Positions 41,560 to 54,607 of a stretch of DNA of 64,000 nucleotides are shown in pieces. The notes under the pieces are model-generated. The model worked only from the letters and a program-made list of their open reading frames with translations. It had not been told where the DNA came from and did no database searches. The position numbers and the translations under genes are program-made. Each line of letters starts with the position of its first letter. The first letter of the stretch is position 1. Source of the DNA: Oopsacas minuta (taxonomy: Eukaryota; Animalia; Porifera); the NCBI GenBank assembly GCA_024704765.1, contig JAKMXF010000344.1:139276-203275 (forward strand), given 5' to 3'.

Positions 41560-44207
41560 AGTGACATAATCGATTTGAAGGATTACACTTGCACGTAGTA
41601 CGAAGACATGTTTTCTTACAAGAGCAATGAAACATCCCTTGACCTGTCCCAACTGATTCATTGCGTGCTACTGGTCGCAAATAAATTTCTTTTCCTGTTT
41701 CGACATTATTTATCTCCAAGAATTTATCGAGGCATGGAGAAAATTGATTTCTGTTGTAATGCGAATTCAATTGACCGTATTTTGTACCTAGCTCGTAAGT
41801 ACCATTATGCTCGATTGCCACAACAACTGTTGTAATGTTTCGAAAGTCACCTTTACCTCGATCTACGTCGGGTAGAGGGACCATTACTGTATCCCCAATA
41901 TTTGCTTGTTTGAATCGTTTTCTAGATTGCTCGAACATTTTATCATCCTGCTCTCCTTGTATTCTTTTCGCTCCTTTTCGCTGCTGCGTAATTTGATTCA
42001 CTTGATGACATAGTCTCCATAATACAGCTGAAACAAATCCTTCTTCTTCACTTCCATTATTTACAGAACATGGTGGTATAACATGTCAAAAAGCCCACAA
42101 GACATACAAGTGTGCGCTCCATTGGATATTTGTTGATATGATACAGAATTATAGTTTGTTATTTCAGATTGTTGAGTGATTGATGCTGTGTCTGGGGCTA
42201 TATCGTCTTGTCCTAAAATCTGTTGCCTCGAATTTTCTTCTTGTGAGTTCAAAATTTCTCCTAATTACGCTTCAGTATCTAGGATAGAATCGGTATCAAT
42301 TGTGAGGTTGGTTGAAACTACTCCTAGTTGTGGTCTTATCCCCAAAACAGCTTCATAAGGAGTCTTTCCAATTCCTAAGATAGTTCAAATATAAACGCAT
42401 ACTTACTATTTTATTATATATTTTGTTATAATGATTGATCTTAAATATAATCTAATACCTATATGTAGTCTTGTGTTAATTTTCCATTGGACGAATCTAA
42501 GTCCTTCTGACCATTTGGTTGAATTTCGTCACGCATCCAGCAAGCAAGTACTTCTTTGACGCTCCGATTTGCACTCTCAACTGAGCCTTGTGACTGGAAG
42601 TGTCGAGGTTTTTCCGTGGACCATTCGACACTCAGGCCAGAGATCTATTACTTTTCCTTCACAATCTTAAAAATGTAGCTAAAAGGTGTGAAAACAAGAT
42701 TAATCATATGATAAATCTATGTATAGGGTGATAATATTCATTCTACACAATTTAACATACCTGATTCGAAACTCGCGGCCATTATCAGATTGCAGAATAT
42801 AAGGTGCCCCTTTATCACAAAATATCAATCAGATGATATGCTACCCCTTCTGCACGTTTCGATTCTAGCGCTTTTAATGTTACAAACTTAGCAAGATTAT
42901 CTTGATATGTAATAATATATTTGTACTTGTCGTCTGGTTGGCTTTGCATATCAATGAGGTCAACCTTGATAGAAATAAGTTAATACAAACTGGAATTATT
43001 CCTCCGATTTACATGTCCAGTTCATTATATTTGTAGAAAATAATGCTTCATTAGTAGAATTTTGCAGCTGCAATGCGAAATTTGATTAGATAAACAATAT
43101 ACCTCACCTCGCATCTCGAATTGAGCTGATTCCTAATGATTGGCTTGACAACAAGAGATTTTCTGAATTTACTTTTTTTAAGCTGGCATTTTTCGCAAAG
43201 TTGCAAATAGGTACAAATATGTTCTCTCGTAATGTTTGCATAAGCTTCTGACAGTTTATGTTCCATGAGTACTTTACCACTATGTCCAGTTGACAGGTGA
43301 GCTGCATGTATAATATCAAATAATTCCTCAAAGAAAACGAATTGTTGCTGCATGCTTGTTTCTTAAGCTTTGATTATGATACCATCAACTTTAATTTCCA
43401 AAATTTCGAATTTTTTCATTAGTTCATAATCCTTTGGATTTTTTTGAATACTTTTATCTTCATCCAGGCTTTGAATTCGCTCTATTGTTGCTTGATAAAC
43501 ATCCTTGGTGAAAAATGTCATGTTCCCTGCCTTATTCTTCACAGCTTCAGCTATTTTATTCATATATATTTCTCGAGTGTTCATTTGGTAATTGGACTAT
43601 ATTCTGGACAGTATGTTTATTCAGTGCTCAAGTATGCAATATAAAGTTTTAGTAAGGCACATGGCTAAATATAAAGGGTCCAAGGGAGACCATATAAAGT
43701 TGACGTACTTGGTTCAAAAGGACCACTTACAAGGTAGATTGTCCGACCAGAATACATATAGCGGAACCTAGCATGATAGAATTATCCTATATCTACGATC
43801 AGTTTTCATGAATTGAATTAATTAAAAGTCGATTAATTATTACGAGGCACACTAAACTAGCATTATGCATATTGCCTGGGCATTATGCATAATGCACAAT
43901 TTCTCATACTGCCCTTATCATATATAAGATTTAATATACTATACGTGTTTTATTTGAACGTATTAAGCGTCTAGGTTAACTTCGAAAAATGAGATTTTGA
44001 CATTGTTAGACTAGTATAAGTCACATTATTGTCAAGTATTACATAATTTGGTTAACTATGCTGAGATTTCTCCTTAACAATTAGAAAACTACTGTTTTGA
44101 TGCAAAATATACCGAAGAAATTACGTCACAAAATTATAGATTGAACGGGGCGCATGTATTAGGTCGAATTATGGTGTTGGCATTAGATTGAATTTCATTG
44201 TTTACAT

Positions 44208-44709
44208 CAGGGTGCCCAACTCGATTTAATTGCGGGCCACATTGGCTTCCTCAATATTTTGGTGGGCTACATGGACCAATTTATAAATCTCAGATGTATT
44301 TAGAGAAAATATGTTGCAATATCCAAATTTCCACCCTAGATATCAACTTTCCTTTTCTTAGAACAAGGTTCCATTAATATAAATGATATATATATTCTAT
44401 AGGTAATTTAGGAGATGAGTAAACGCAGTATCTGAATTTCGATTATAAACTTAGAATTATACTAGTGTATATTTATACACCGCTAAGGATTATTATTACT
44501 AAACACATGTACCTGTCGTGTATTGAAAATGAAAAAGAATCCTCAAAATGTCAAATACAATGAAATTTGACACCCAGTATGAATGCTAACGAAATGTGGC
44601 TTAGGAATTGTTCATGAATAAAAACTATATATTACAAAGTGCAAATTCTTAGTCATACTTGCGCGGGCAGGATAAAATTATTACGCGGGCGGTATTTTGG
44701 GCACCTCTG
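44208..44709. mobile_element. hAT-type MITE nested in the MULE left end
   Basis: Ends cagggtgcccaa / ttgggcacctctg; the TSD is weak (gtttacat / gattatgt, 5/8). Confidence 0.65.
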
Positions 44710-45539
44710 GATTATGTTAAGTCGAATTCCAACTGTCTTATTCATTAATTGATTAATTTCTAAACAAAATGCGAAATTTGAAATTTGTGTGAAATATGAA
44801 ATGTGGAAAATACTACTTGCTTAGGTATGCATTGTAAAATGTGTAAAAGATGTTAATTAAGAAATATTTGAAAATTTCCTTCAATTATGCCTCTGCACGT
44901 TGGACAAATCTGTTGAAGTTGCTCAATTGTGTCGCTACACTGTGTGCAACAAATTGCTGCCTGCAAAGCATGAATACCCATGTGGTGCTTATTATTTTTA
45001 GCCAAACTACACATTTATTTATTTCATACTATCAAAAGATTCAGGCTCCTCCACATATCAGAATTATCTGAAATAACTGTGTCTTCTAATGAAGCAGCAT
45101 TGCCTATATAGCAACTAATTCTTTTGAGAATTTGTATGGGAGAGTAACTCCAACTTAACAATTCTTCTTTGTAGCCTTGCGATGTTCATTAATCATTCCG
45201 TTCTTCTTTTCGCTTGGTCTCGTTATCTCTCTTCCTTCCTGTATCCGGGCCATTTCACTATCATAGTCAGCAATTATATTGTTAATGATATTCAAAAAAT
45301 TCCAAATTCTTGGATGGCTTGATTATATAATGGACTTAAATTTTCTATGATAACTTTCTGCTGCATTGTTTCCTCCATTTTTAAGGTTAACAATTGACAG
45401 TTCTTCAGGACCAATTTTAGTTAGCCACTGCTTCTTAAAATAATTCAAAAATACTTCAGGTTTCTTCATTTGACTCTGTTGTAATGTTGGAATTTGAAGA
45501 AGGGTGTATGTTGGAAGAATCAATTCAGCTGGAAGAAAC

Positions 45540-45621
45540 GGAATTACCATAACCTTCTTGACGAATGATGGACATTCGGAATTACCATAACCTTCTTGAC
45601 GAATGATGGACATTCGGAATT
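45540..45621. repeat. 38-bp tandem duplication that frameshifts the MULE transposase
   Basis: ggaattaccataaccttcttgacgaatgatggacattc x2 + ggaatt. Removing one copy restores ...WRKTQKYGLASTCRGNSECPSFVKKVMVIPFLP. Confidence 0.95.
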
Positions 45622-48600
45622 TCCTCGGCAAGTCGAAGCCAAACCATACTTTTGAGTTTTTCTCCAAATAGTTTGCGTATAATGGAACTTGCACCCGTTC
45701 ACCCTAATTCCTGGATTTACTCGCTGGACAGCATCCCGAGCTGCTTATTCTCAATCTGACATTGCGCAATCCAGTTCTAGCTGAGGAACAAGTTCTCGTA
45801 TCTTCTGTATAACTGCTAGATATAGCTCCTCATCTTTATCAGTCAGCAAGCAGTGAATGGTTGGAATTGCATGTCTCTCCAATGTAAGAAAAAGAGTTCA
45901 CAATTGGTAAAATTGTTTAGATACAGTGTAGAATATCCAATCAATTTGGATATTGGTAATATCTGCGAGTAGATCGTATAATCGGTCAGAAAAGAAAATG
46001 ACAGCTATCCGAGCATCTACAATGGCAGTAGCCTTATGATTTCTTGCAAAGGTTGTTGTGGGTAGAACTTCACTAAATTTACTAGCAGAATGTGAAATCA
46101 TAGGTTGTAATATTTTGCTTGGCCGAAACATTGACGATTCACATTATTTACATGTGACTTGAGAAGCAGAGGGATTTGATCTCGTACATCTTTGATTATG
46201 TGTCTCAGATTGTGTTGCGAGGCTTGAGCTGTTGTTTTGCACTTTGTATTAATTGCATATTCTTCAACACGATAGTCTTGTAATCCATGATTATGTTCTG
46301 ACTTAGGATAAACCAAATTCGTAGCCTTTTTCCAATTTCGCACCTCCTTTACAGTCATTCCTGAATAGTACACATCTGAAGTAGAGAATATATTCTATAG
46401 ATTTATGACAGAAGTATTGTAGTCATCAGAGGAGATGAAAACTTGTCCAGTATCACGTTTGTATTGGTGCAATGAATATTCCATGATGCAGGCACACAAT
46501 AATGTACATATTATAATCATCATCCAATTTATAATAAATGAACAATAGGAACTGTTATTATGGATTGAACTACAAAATTGCTATTAGTAGTAACAAAGTA
46601 AGACATTTGAACGACCTATTATATGCAACTAGAATTCGACCTAATGCATACATATCAAATTCGACCTAATGCATACATATTATATTAGAACTAATGCCAA
46701 CACACGAAATTCGACCTAATGCCAACACCGTAATTGGACCTAATGTAGCGCCTCCGATTGAACGTATAATACATATTGTACGCAATACTTCTTCATTGAA
46801 AGAAATATTTAACAACTTAGATGTAAATGAACAGGGAAGTGTGCCGAATTATTGGTGTAGAGATGTCCATTTTGCTAAAATGTTATTGCCAAAAAATTAT
46901 GATATCGAAAGAAACTGCACAGATTATACATTTCCTTCTTATTTTATTTGATACCGCATTCCTATTTGTCCAAATTTGTGAATTAACTTAAAGTTTAGTT
47001 ATATATGTTCTCAGTTAAAACCGCACCAAAATTTTTCTTGTCCCGTCCACCTACCTTATTCAGGTTAGGATAGCAGTAAATCGTATGTACAAAGTTTGAT
47101 GGATAAATTTTGGGTAAAATTTGAGGACTTCTTCTTTAGATGCATCAAAAATTGATGAACTCCTTCTGCTCGCTCTACAACACCTGTCATCATGGCCCCA
47201 GGATCTACCAATCCACAGCACGTTTCTATGCCCCATACGTATAAGTCATCATTGAAAGACGTATTAAACAACTTAGGGATAAATGATTGTGAAAACACAA
47301 AAATTCATTATTGTGTATTGTAAGCACAGTATCTAATGCACTAAAATATTACGAAAGCAATATTATCCGAAATTCAGGTAAAGTCAAAAGAAAAAATATG
47401 AAGAAGCAAAACCCAAACCGGGAGAGTTGGCAGTCCTGATAAAGCACATGCATTCAGAATAATAACACCCCAAATAGTGGATTCGGGCTCCAACAATTAA
47501 CTTGCAATAATTACAAATGTACATGTACAGTGTTTACATGAAATTGGTTTAGCGTATCATATAACGCGCACTCTCTGATAAAGGACGCTCGAATAATAAC
47601 AGTAAGGGAGACACAGCTACTCATTCTAAATGTAGCTGTTATCTAATTGGTTTTTTATAATAACAATGCACAAACGTATATCATCTATAGTCACTAAAGA
47701 TTAGCACCGTTCTAGCTAGTTTAGGAAAACTAATTAGCACACTATCAATATTCGATTGAGAAAATTGTTTTGATTCATTTTATAACACGATAAATTGTGG
47801 AGGAGGGTATTCTTAATTCGCTACTGGGATTGGCACTATTTCGGATTATTTTGGACGATTTTGGTCATCATGTATAATCATCAATTAATGAGCAATTCCA
47901 AATGTCATCAAGAATTGATTGCCTAAATATTTAGCTCATCAAAAGTATTTTAGGCTAAATCTTTGATGACATTCAATCTTTCCTCAATGTAAAATGATCA
48001 TTTACATTCTGCGGACCTGATGGAAGCCGGCGTACCCCAGTTTTAATAACACTGACTTCAATTACCCTCCTTTTTGGGATCAGCTGATCTAAGGTTTGTC
48101 ATAAAAGTGGCCATATAAAATACTTGTCCCATTAGGCCATTACAAAAATTTTCCCAGATAGAGCTTCAGTTCATGCTACTATGGTCAGACCGTCATGGGT
48201 AATCGAGAATGTAGATCTCAAATTTTCAAATTTACATCTAGAGTAGAATGAATAAGCACAGTTCGGAGTACGTTTACTTGTCATTTAAGAAAAATACGAT
48301 TGGAAAGGACTTGTTAAAGTTGAAAGACCTATAATCCTTTATGTATTTCTTTGTTGTTCATACAAGGCTGAACTTGATATGTTATTTATTAATAATATTA
48401 CACTTTAATATTTGATTTCTTCGGCTATTCCATAATCCATACAATGATGACATATAATGTCAATAGGTTTCTAATTACGTAATGCGACAGTAACCACAAA
48501 TCTATAGGGATTATATAATCACTGAAATTCAATGTAAAGTCCTACCTCCTACGACCCACTGGTTGAAAACCCCTGGGATTAATCTATATAAAGAAACAAA

Positions 48601-49207
48601 CCCACAGAGTCACTATATGTGAATTCTGATTCAACAATAATACATTTCATACATCTAGCTAGGAATAATGAAGGGATGTAAGCAAAATTATAACAGTGGG
48701 AAAAAGTGCGGAAACGGCATAACTCACATTAATACTTTGGAAAAAATAACACTGGGCAACAGCATTTTTGCACAAACTATCCCATTGATTTTGTCTAACT
48801 AGCTTTTGGCCTCTGAGGTCATAAACGGCATCCATTTGTGCCCATCGCATCCAGATTTTTGATATTAATGTTTCGTAACTTTTGTCCAAAGTTTTATCTG
48901 GGCCTAGTGTTCCCAAGTTGTAACTATATAATTTGTTGTTTAACGGTGTTTCTAGAATACATTATATTCCTTGCTATTGTGTTTTCAATGACTAGATAAT
49001 TGGGCGTTCCAAAACTCTGTTTATTCGGAGTCAAGGCACATTTTATCGTATAAATTCCATTCATAGTATAAGGAATCCGAACTGTAGCTGAGATATTGAT
49101 GTCATAGTGTTATTCTTATGCATGTTATACAATAGGCTTATAGTCACTATATATAGAGAGTGTATAGTAAGATATTAACATTAATATATATTTTAGCGAA
49201 TTGTTTT

Positions 49208-50192
49208 ATGGCATCTTCAAGGAGGTAATGTTCTAATGATCCGAATAGTTTCTGCTATATTTGTGGAGAGTTAACATTCCCAACACAGGAACGGGCGATA
49301 GATGATATAGTATGCAATTTATACTATACGCATTTTGGGATGCAATTGGGCGACTAAGACAAAGAATGGTCACCACATGTAGTATGTCAGAAATGCTTCA
49401 TGAATATATATAACTGGTCATGTAACAAACTAAAGTCAATGCCATTTGGAATTCCAATGATATGCTTCCTTCTCGGGCAACAAAGTGGGTACACAAAATA
49501 TCCTTGTTTTTTGTGTATATGGGACAGTAGAGCGAAGAATGAACATTGGATCAGAAAGGAGTGGCCTAAAAGAGAAAATTTAATTGTTGGTTGTGCTAAT
49601 GTGATCAACGAACCACTGGCGGAGCGGGAAAAGATTGTTTTTCCACCTTTACATATTAAACTCGGGTTAATTAACCAATTCGTAAGAGCTCTTAATAAGG
49701 ATGGTGATTGTTTTAAATACCTTCGCTCACGATTCCACCAGCTGAGCCATGAAAAAGTCAAATCTGGTATCTTCAATGTGGCAGACATCCGAAAATTGAT
49801 GAAAGAGCCCAAATTCACTGCTCATATGTTGGATACTGAGTATGATGCATGGAAAGCCTTTGTATCGGTTGTGAAAGGCTTAGGAAATAGAAGAGACTAT
49901 AATTATGTTAATTTAATCAATCGTTTGCTCGAAAGCTTTCATAAGTTGGGATGTAATATGAGCATCAAAGTTCATTTTTACATAGCCCCTTGGATGAATT
50001 CCCAAGAAACCTTGGAGACATATCGGATGAGCAGGGGAACGGTTTCATCAGGACATTCAAACGATGGAAAAGCGTTACCAAGGAAGGTATGACACTAAAA
50101 TGATGGCGGACTACTGTTGGAGCCTGAAGCGAGATTGTGTGGACATACATTACATGAGAAAATCTCACAAAAGGAAGTTCTTGGAGTCCTAA
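49208..50192 (+). mobile_element. internally deleted Chapaev3-like transposase
   Basis: MASSRR*CSNDPNSFCYICG...MPFGIPM is fused directly to ICFLLGQQSGYTKYPCFLC...PPLHIKLGL; the central region present in the other two copies is missing. Confidence 0.82.
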
Positions 50193-52440
50193 TCTAGGTT
50201 CTTGAGAAAATTTCTAGAATAACATATGGTATATGTCCTTCCATATGAGAAGTATGTAGTGAACAAGAAATATATTATTTAAGTATATTTACACATGAAA
50301 ATTTGAGGTTGGGAGTAGGACTAAGGTGCTAAGGTAAGAAGCTGCAATTTTTTTTGACTGTCAGCCTCTGATACTTTCATTCGAATTGAATCCATCAGTA
50401 GATTAAATTTTTTGCCTTTTGTTCGATTGAGAACCATACTTTTAGGATTATTTAAGCTTTCCTCGGATTCTTCTATGTTATGTCGCTATTGATAAAGAAA
50501 AGCTATATTATAAACATTATATTAATTTGATTTAAAAACTCGAATTATAATTACCTTCTGTTCTTCTATTAATTTTACAAATTTCTCTTTAATCTGGACT
50601 TGTCCAAATTTTGTTTCTGTGCCATTCGTTTTATTGGGGTTATTTTAAGATATTCTGGGAGCTCCGTAATGATATCTTTAATCTTTACCTAGCTTAATAC
50701 TTTTATATTATTACATCCAACTGTTTCTTTTCCCTAAATGCTATATCACAGTGTTGTTGCAGCTAAGTCAAAACAAAAATTTTCTGAATACACATTTGAC
50801 AAGGTTTCTGAATTGGAATTATTTGTTGCAAGGATATCTTATGGCCTTATACACTTTTTTTCGTGTAGTATTACAGTGGGATAAGATCAACAGCCCGTAC
50901 ATCCTTTACTTACTGGAACGAGTGGACCATCGAAGGACAGTCCTCCTTAAATTCACTGGCGCAAGGTTCTAACCACTCAAAATTATATCTTACGATGAAT
51001 ATATTTAAATCTTTTAAAAATATTTTAAATTTATACTGTAAATTTCATGTATAAATGCATAAAATTAATTCTGTTGGAGTGTAAGTAATTTAATAAACAC
51101 TGTAATGTATTTGTATTGAAGTAGACTGCAATGTTATAGGTCGATACATTCTAGTAAATATATATACACATGAGCCTTTGGCTCGTTGCTTCGCGATGAA
51201 CTCTTCGAATTGCGCCTCGAGGTATCTATTATTCTCCAAATTGATGGTCTCTTCGAGTATTATAATATAGATGTATTTAGAACAATGTAATTCAACAAAT
51301 ATACGTATATGGCATATATATTATCGATATATTTTGTAAGATCAACCCCCTTTGTAGTGGTGAGAGCAAATATCAACATAAATTTTGAGATTTTGCTAAT
51401 TTCTTACTGTCTTACCCCTGTGAAGCCGTTGAGAGCAACCTATTAATAAAAACAAAAATATATATATACATATCAACGGACAAACAAACAAACAAACAAT
51501 AATTGAGATTTAATAATATAGATAGTGTTTATAATACCATATTTGGTCTCAGCTCTCAGCATACTCGATTACTCCAGCATGTCGTTGAAATTATGATTCT
51601 ACCTCAATTTTGAATTTGTTTACAAATGAGATAGTAGCTGGGGAGAAATAAGAACAGAGGGTTACACACAACAAATGTTCTGTAAGATAACTATAAAGAT
51701 ACCAGATCCACTGTTAAAACTTTGAAACGAAATCTCGGGCAACAATTAGAAATATTGCAAGAAAGAGTGAAAGATTATTAAACATATGATAAATTCATGA
51801 AGGCATAGATTTATAGATTTGTCATCATTGAAATCTACATACCTCAATTACCCATTGTAGTGTGCGAAGTGTACGGCTCCATTAGTTTTGCATTACAAAC
51901 AGTGATAAAGCGTGACAGAAGTCAAATCTTAAGAAATTTTGCGTCACGTAACGTTCGATCAACATTTAACAAATTTGACATACACTTTTCATTGTGAACA
52001 AGTAAGCTATGATTCTCTGCCGCTATTCGGTTGCGGACACTTTGTGTCTGCAATATGCGCCCTTTGTACCGCCAGGTTAGTCATAATTAACTAAAATTTG
52101 TGTTATATATTACTAAGTATCCTGTGTATGTTTTGACAGTCACTTTCTAATTCAAATATTCACGATATGCTATTCACATCATATTCAGGCCTAGAACATT
52201 CAATTACCCATTATAGCCTTTAAAAGTATCATTCTAAGACCATCAAGAATTTTTTTTAGTTCCCCATGTATGTACATTAAAAACAAACAAATACGAACTA
52301 TGCCAGAAAGCATGGATATATTCATTAGATATTTAAACTTGTATATAGAAACGTCATTACCCACCCAATACCAAAATTCAAGTCTGTATCCCTTACCAGT
52401 TCCTCAATCAACTCGGACAAACAACAAACAATGTCCAGCC

Positions 52441-53021
52441 AACAGACTGGTAGTGCGCTCAGGGTTATGAATTTTATTCATTCACAGGGAGCACGTCCCT
52501 TGACCCTTTTGTGAATACCGCAATGCTTCGGACCCGATGATTTTGGGCTCCTTGATCGGATAAATATTTCAGGATATTCAATATTTTTCGTCCCTCATAT
52601 ACTTCATGTTCTATCATAAAATCCTACGAATATTCGGAATAACTATCCTGGAATTACCACAGTTCTAACCTTTGAAACGAAATCTCAATTTGAAATATTA
52701 TATACAAAACAAACGCTGACATCATGTTTTCATGTTACACAGGTAAGAAGAAATTGATGGGCCTAGGAGATCGATGTAGTAAAATCGCATTTAATGATCA
52801 TTTAGAGTCAATATTTGCATAGCTACACTTAACTAGTCGAACTACGTCGAACAATGGGGCACTAGGTGGAAATATGTCAGCCCGACAGACTGGTACAGTT
52901 CAGGGTTATTTGTTTATGTTCTTTGCAGGGGGAAAAGCCCCCTCTAATCTTCACCGTGAAGATACCGCAATTCACCGGACCATGATTTTGGCTAGCTCCT
53001 ATAGATAAAATTCCAAAAATT
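52441..53021 (-). ncRNA. two diverged ~130-bp direct repeats, possibly U2 snRNA 3'-domain pseudogene fragments
   Basis: Copies at 52441-52570 and 52884-53021 share several blocks. The minus strand of copy 2 reads AATTTTTGGAA (Sm-like) ... ATAGGAGCTAGC ... GGTCCGGTGAATTGCGGTATCTTCACGG (resembles U2 stem-loops III/IV). No U2 5' half. A TE-end origin is not excluded. Confidence 0.4.
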
Positions 53022-53295
53022 ATCCCGCAATTAATCCCAGTCGAACAATTGAATAGAAGGACTTGCATTTATCTGAAATATGTGCAAAGAAACTGGTAAA
53101 ATGTGAGTGAAAATTTGTAAAATCATTGAGCGAGAGATTTAAAAAGAAAAATTGGCATCAACTTACTCGATTACCCAAGACTAGCTGCTGAAAAAATTCT
53201 CTAAGCATTATTAGATATGCATAAAGGAATGAAATATGAATAGTAAAATGATAAATCATGTAGATATAGTTTTGAAAGTGTGCAATTTGAATCAA

Positions 53296-54607
53296 CAAGG
53301 GTTGTTCAATAAGTAATGAGACTAATGTATCGAATTCATATTCTAATTAATACAGCTCTAAGCCTAATATCAGACTACAAGCCTAACCTGATTGTCTAAC
53401 TTCTATGCAATATACTCTTTACTCTACTAGCATATTCTTCAGTATATAGTTTCATTTGTATAGGCTACGTTTTTCAACTAATGGATTTTAGCAAAGAAGG
53501 AAAACGACAAATAATTTAGAACCTGTGGATAAGGAGGAAGACTCGCTCATACATTCTTCGTGAAATGCAGGATATTTTCGGTGATGAATGTCCTTCGAAA
53601 GTCACCATATATAGATGGATCGAGCGTTTTGATAATGGCGATGAGGACCTCCACGATGACCCTCGTCCAGGTCGTCCGATTTCCTCAAAGACCTGCAGTA
53701 ATATCGAGAGTGTCCAAACAATTTTGGACGAGGACAGACGAATAACCCTACGAGAGTTAGAAGAGAGGGTAGGTATATCAAAAGCTACACTACACTCGAT
53801 TATCACTGAAGATCTGGAAATGTCGAAGGTAACTGCGCGTTGGGTCCCAAAACCTCTTTCAAAAGAACAAAACCACGAAAGGGTCAGAGTTAGCAAATAA
53901 TTACTTTCAAGATACAAAGCAGAGGAAGACTTTTTGGATCGTATAGTAACGGGGGATGAAACTTGGCTTCATTATTATGAACCAGGGAGCAAAACTCAAT
54001 CGAAGCAGTGGAAGAGACGTGATGAACCTCTACCCATCAAGGTAAAGGCCGAACAATCAGCAGGGGAGAGAATGGCAACAGTATTTTTGGATATGGAAGG
54101 AATTATACACTTCGACTGGTTGCCTGAGAAGACAACCATAAACAGTGATTATTACGTTGGCGAATTGAAAGAATTGCGTTAAGCGATTAAACATGAGTGG
54201 CGAGCAAGTTACACGTGACGTATTGTTGCAACAAGACAACCCAGGCCCCATCTAAGTTCCAAGACAATGGCTGCAATTGACGACTTAGGATTCGAATGCC
54301 TTCCTCACCCTCCGTATAGTCCAGACCTGGCTCCCAGCGACTACTGGCTATTTGGGGAGATGAAGAGACCCCCTCGAATGAAGAGATTTGATGATTTCAA
54401 GCGGCTAGATTACGAAATATAACAGTGGGAAAATGAACCCCTAAATAATTCTATACAACTGGGCTGGAAAAGTTACCAGAACGATGGAAACGATGAATAA
54501 AGTTAAAGGGGGGAATTTTATCGAAACATTTGATAATCAATTATGATAAGTATAGGTTTACTAAATTAATATGAATACAAGTCTCATTATTTAATGAACA
54601 ACCCTTG
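53296..54607 (+). mobile_element. mariner (DD34D) transposon, degenerate
   Basis: 28-bp TIRs with 2 mismatches (caagggttgttcaataagtaatgagact); TA on the right. Motifs ARWVPKPL, VTGDETW, HPPYSPDLAPSDY; multiple stops. Confidence 0.93.

Larger units (their letters stand above)
35386..43914 (-). mobile_element. integrase-type DNA transposon (Ginger-like; KRBA2/SCAND3-like protein) with introns, host of two hAT insertions
   Basis: ~57-bp TIRs gggcagtatgagaaatt... (53/57). HHCC (HAAHLSTGH..CEKC), VDLIDM, LQSDNGREF, SQGSVESAN, TPYEAVLG and a C-terminal Cys cluster. GT-AG introns at about 42965-43107, 42666-42760 and 42375-42458. About 2.7 kb after removing the inserts. Confidence 0.88.
44148..46755 (-). 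mobile_element. MULE (Mutator-like) transposon, degenerate
   Basis: Identical 9-bp flanks gattgaacg (44139-44147 and 46756-46764); ~50-bp diverged TIRs built from gacctaatg repeats. Motifs EHNH, QID(W)IFYTVSKQFYQL, GCKFHYTQ, FLNYFKKQWL, NNAAESYH. Confidence 0.9.

Noticed and set aside
35386-43914. Domesticated host genes (ZMYM1, KRBA2, SCAND3) or SETMAR for the mariner ORFs
   Set aside because: All are disrupted by stops or frameshifts, bounded by TIRs/TSDs, and lack ZnF-MYM arrays, KRAB, SCAN or SET domains.
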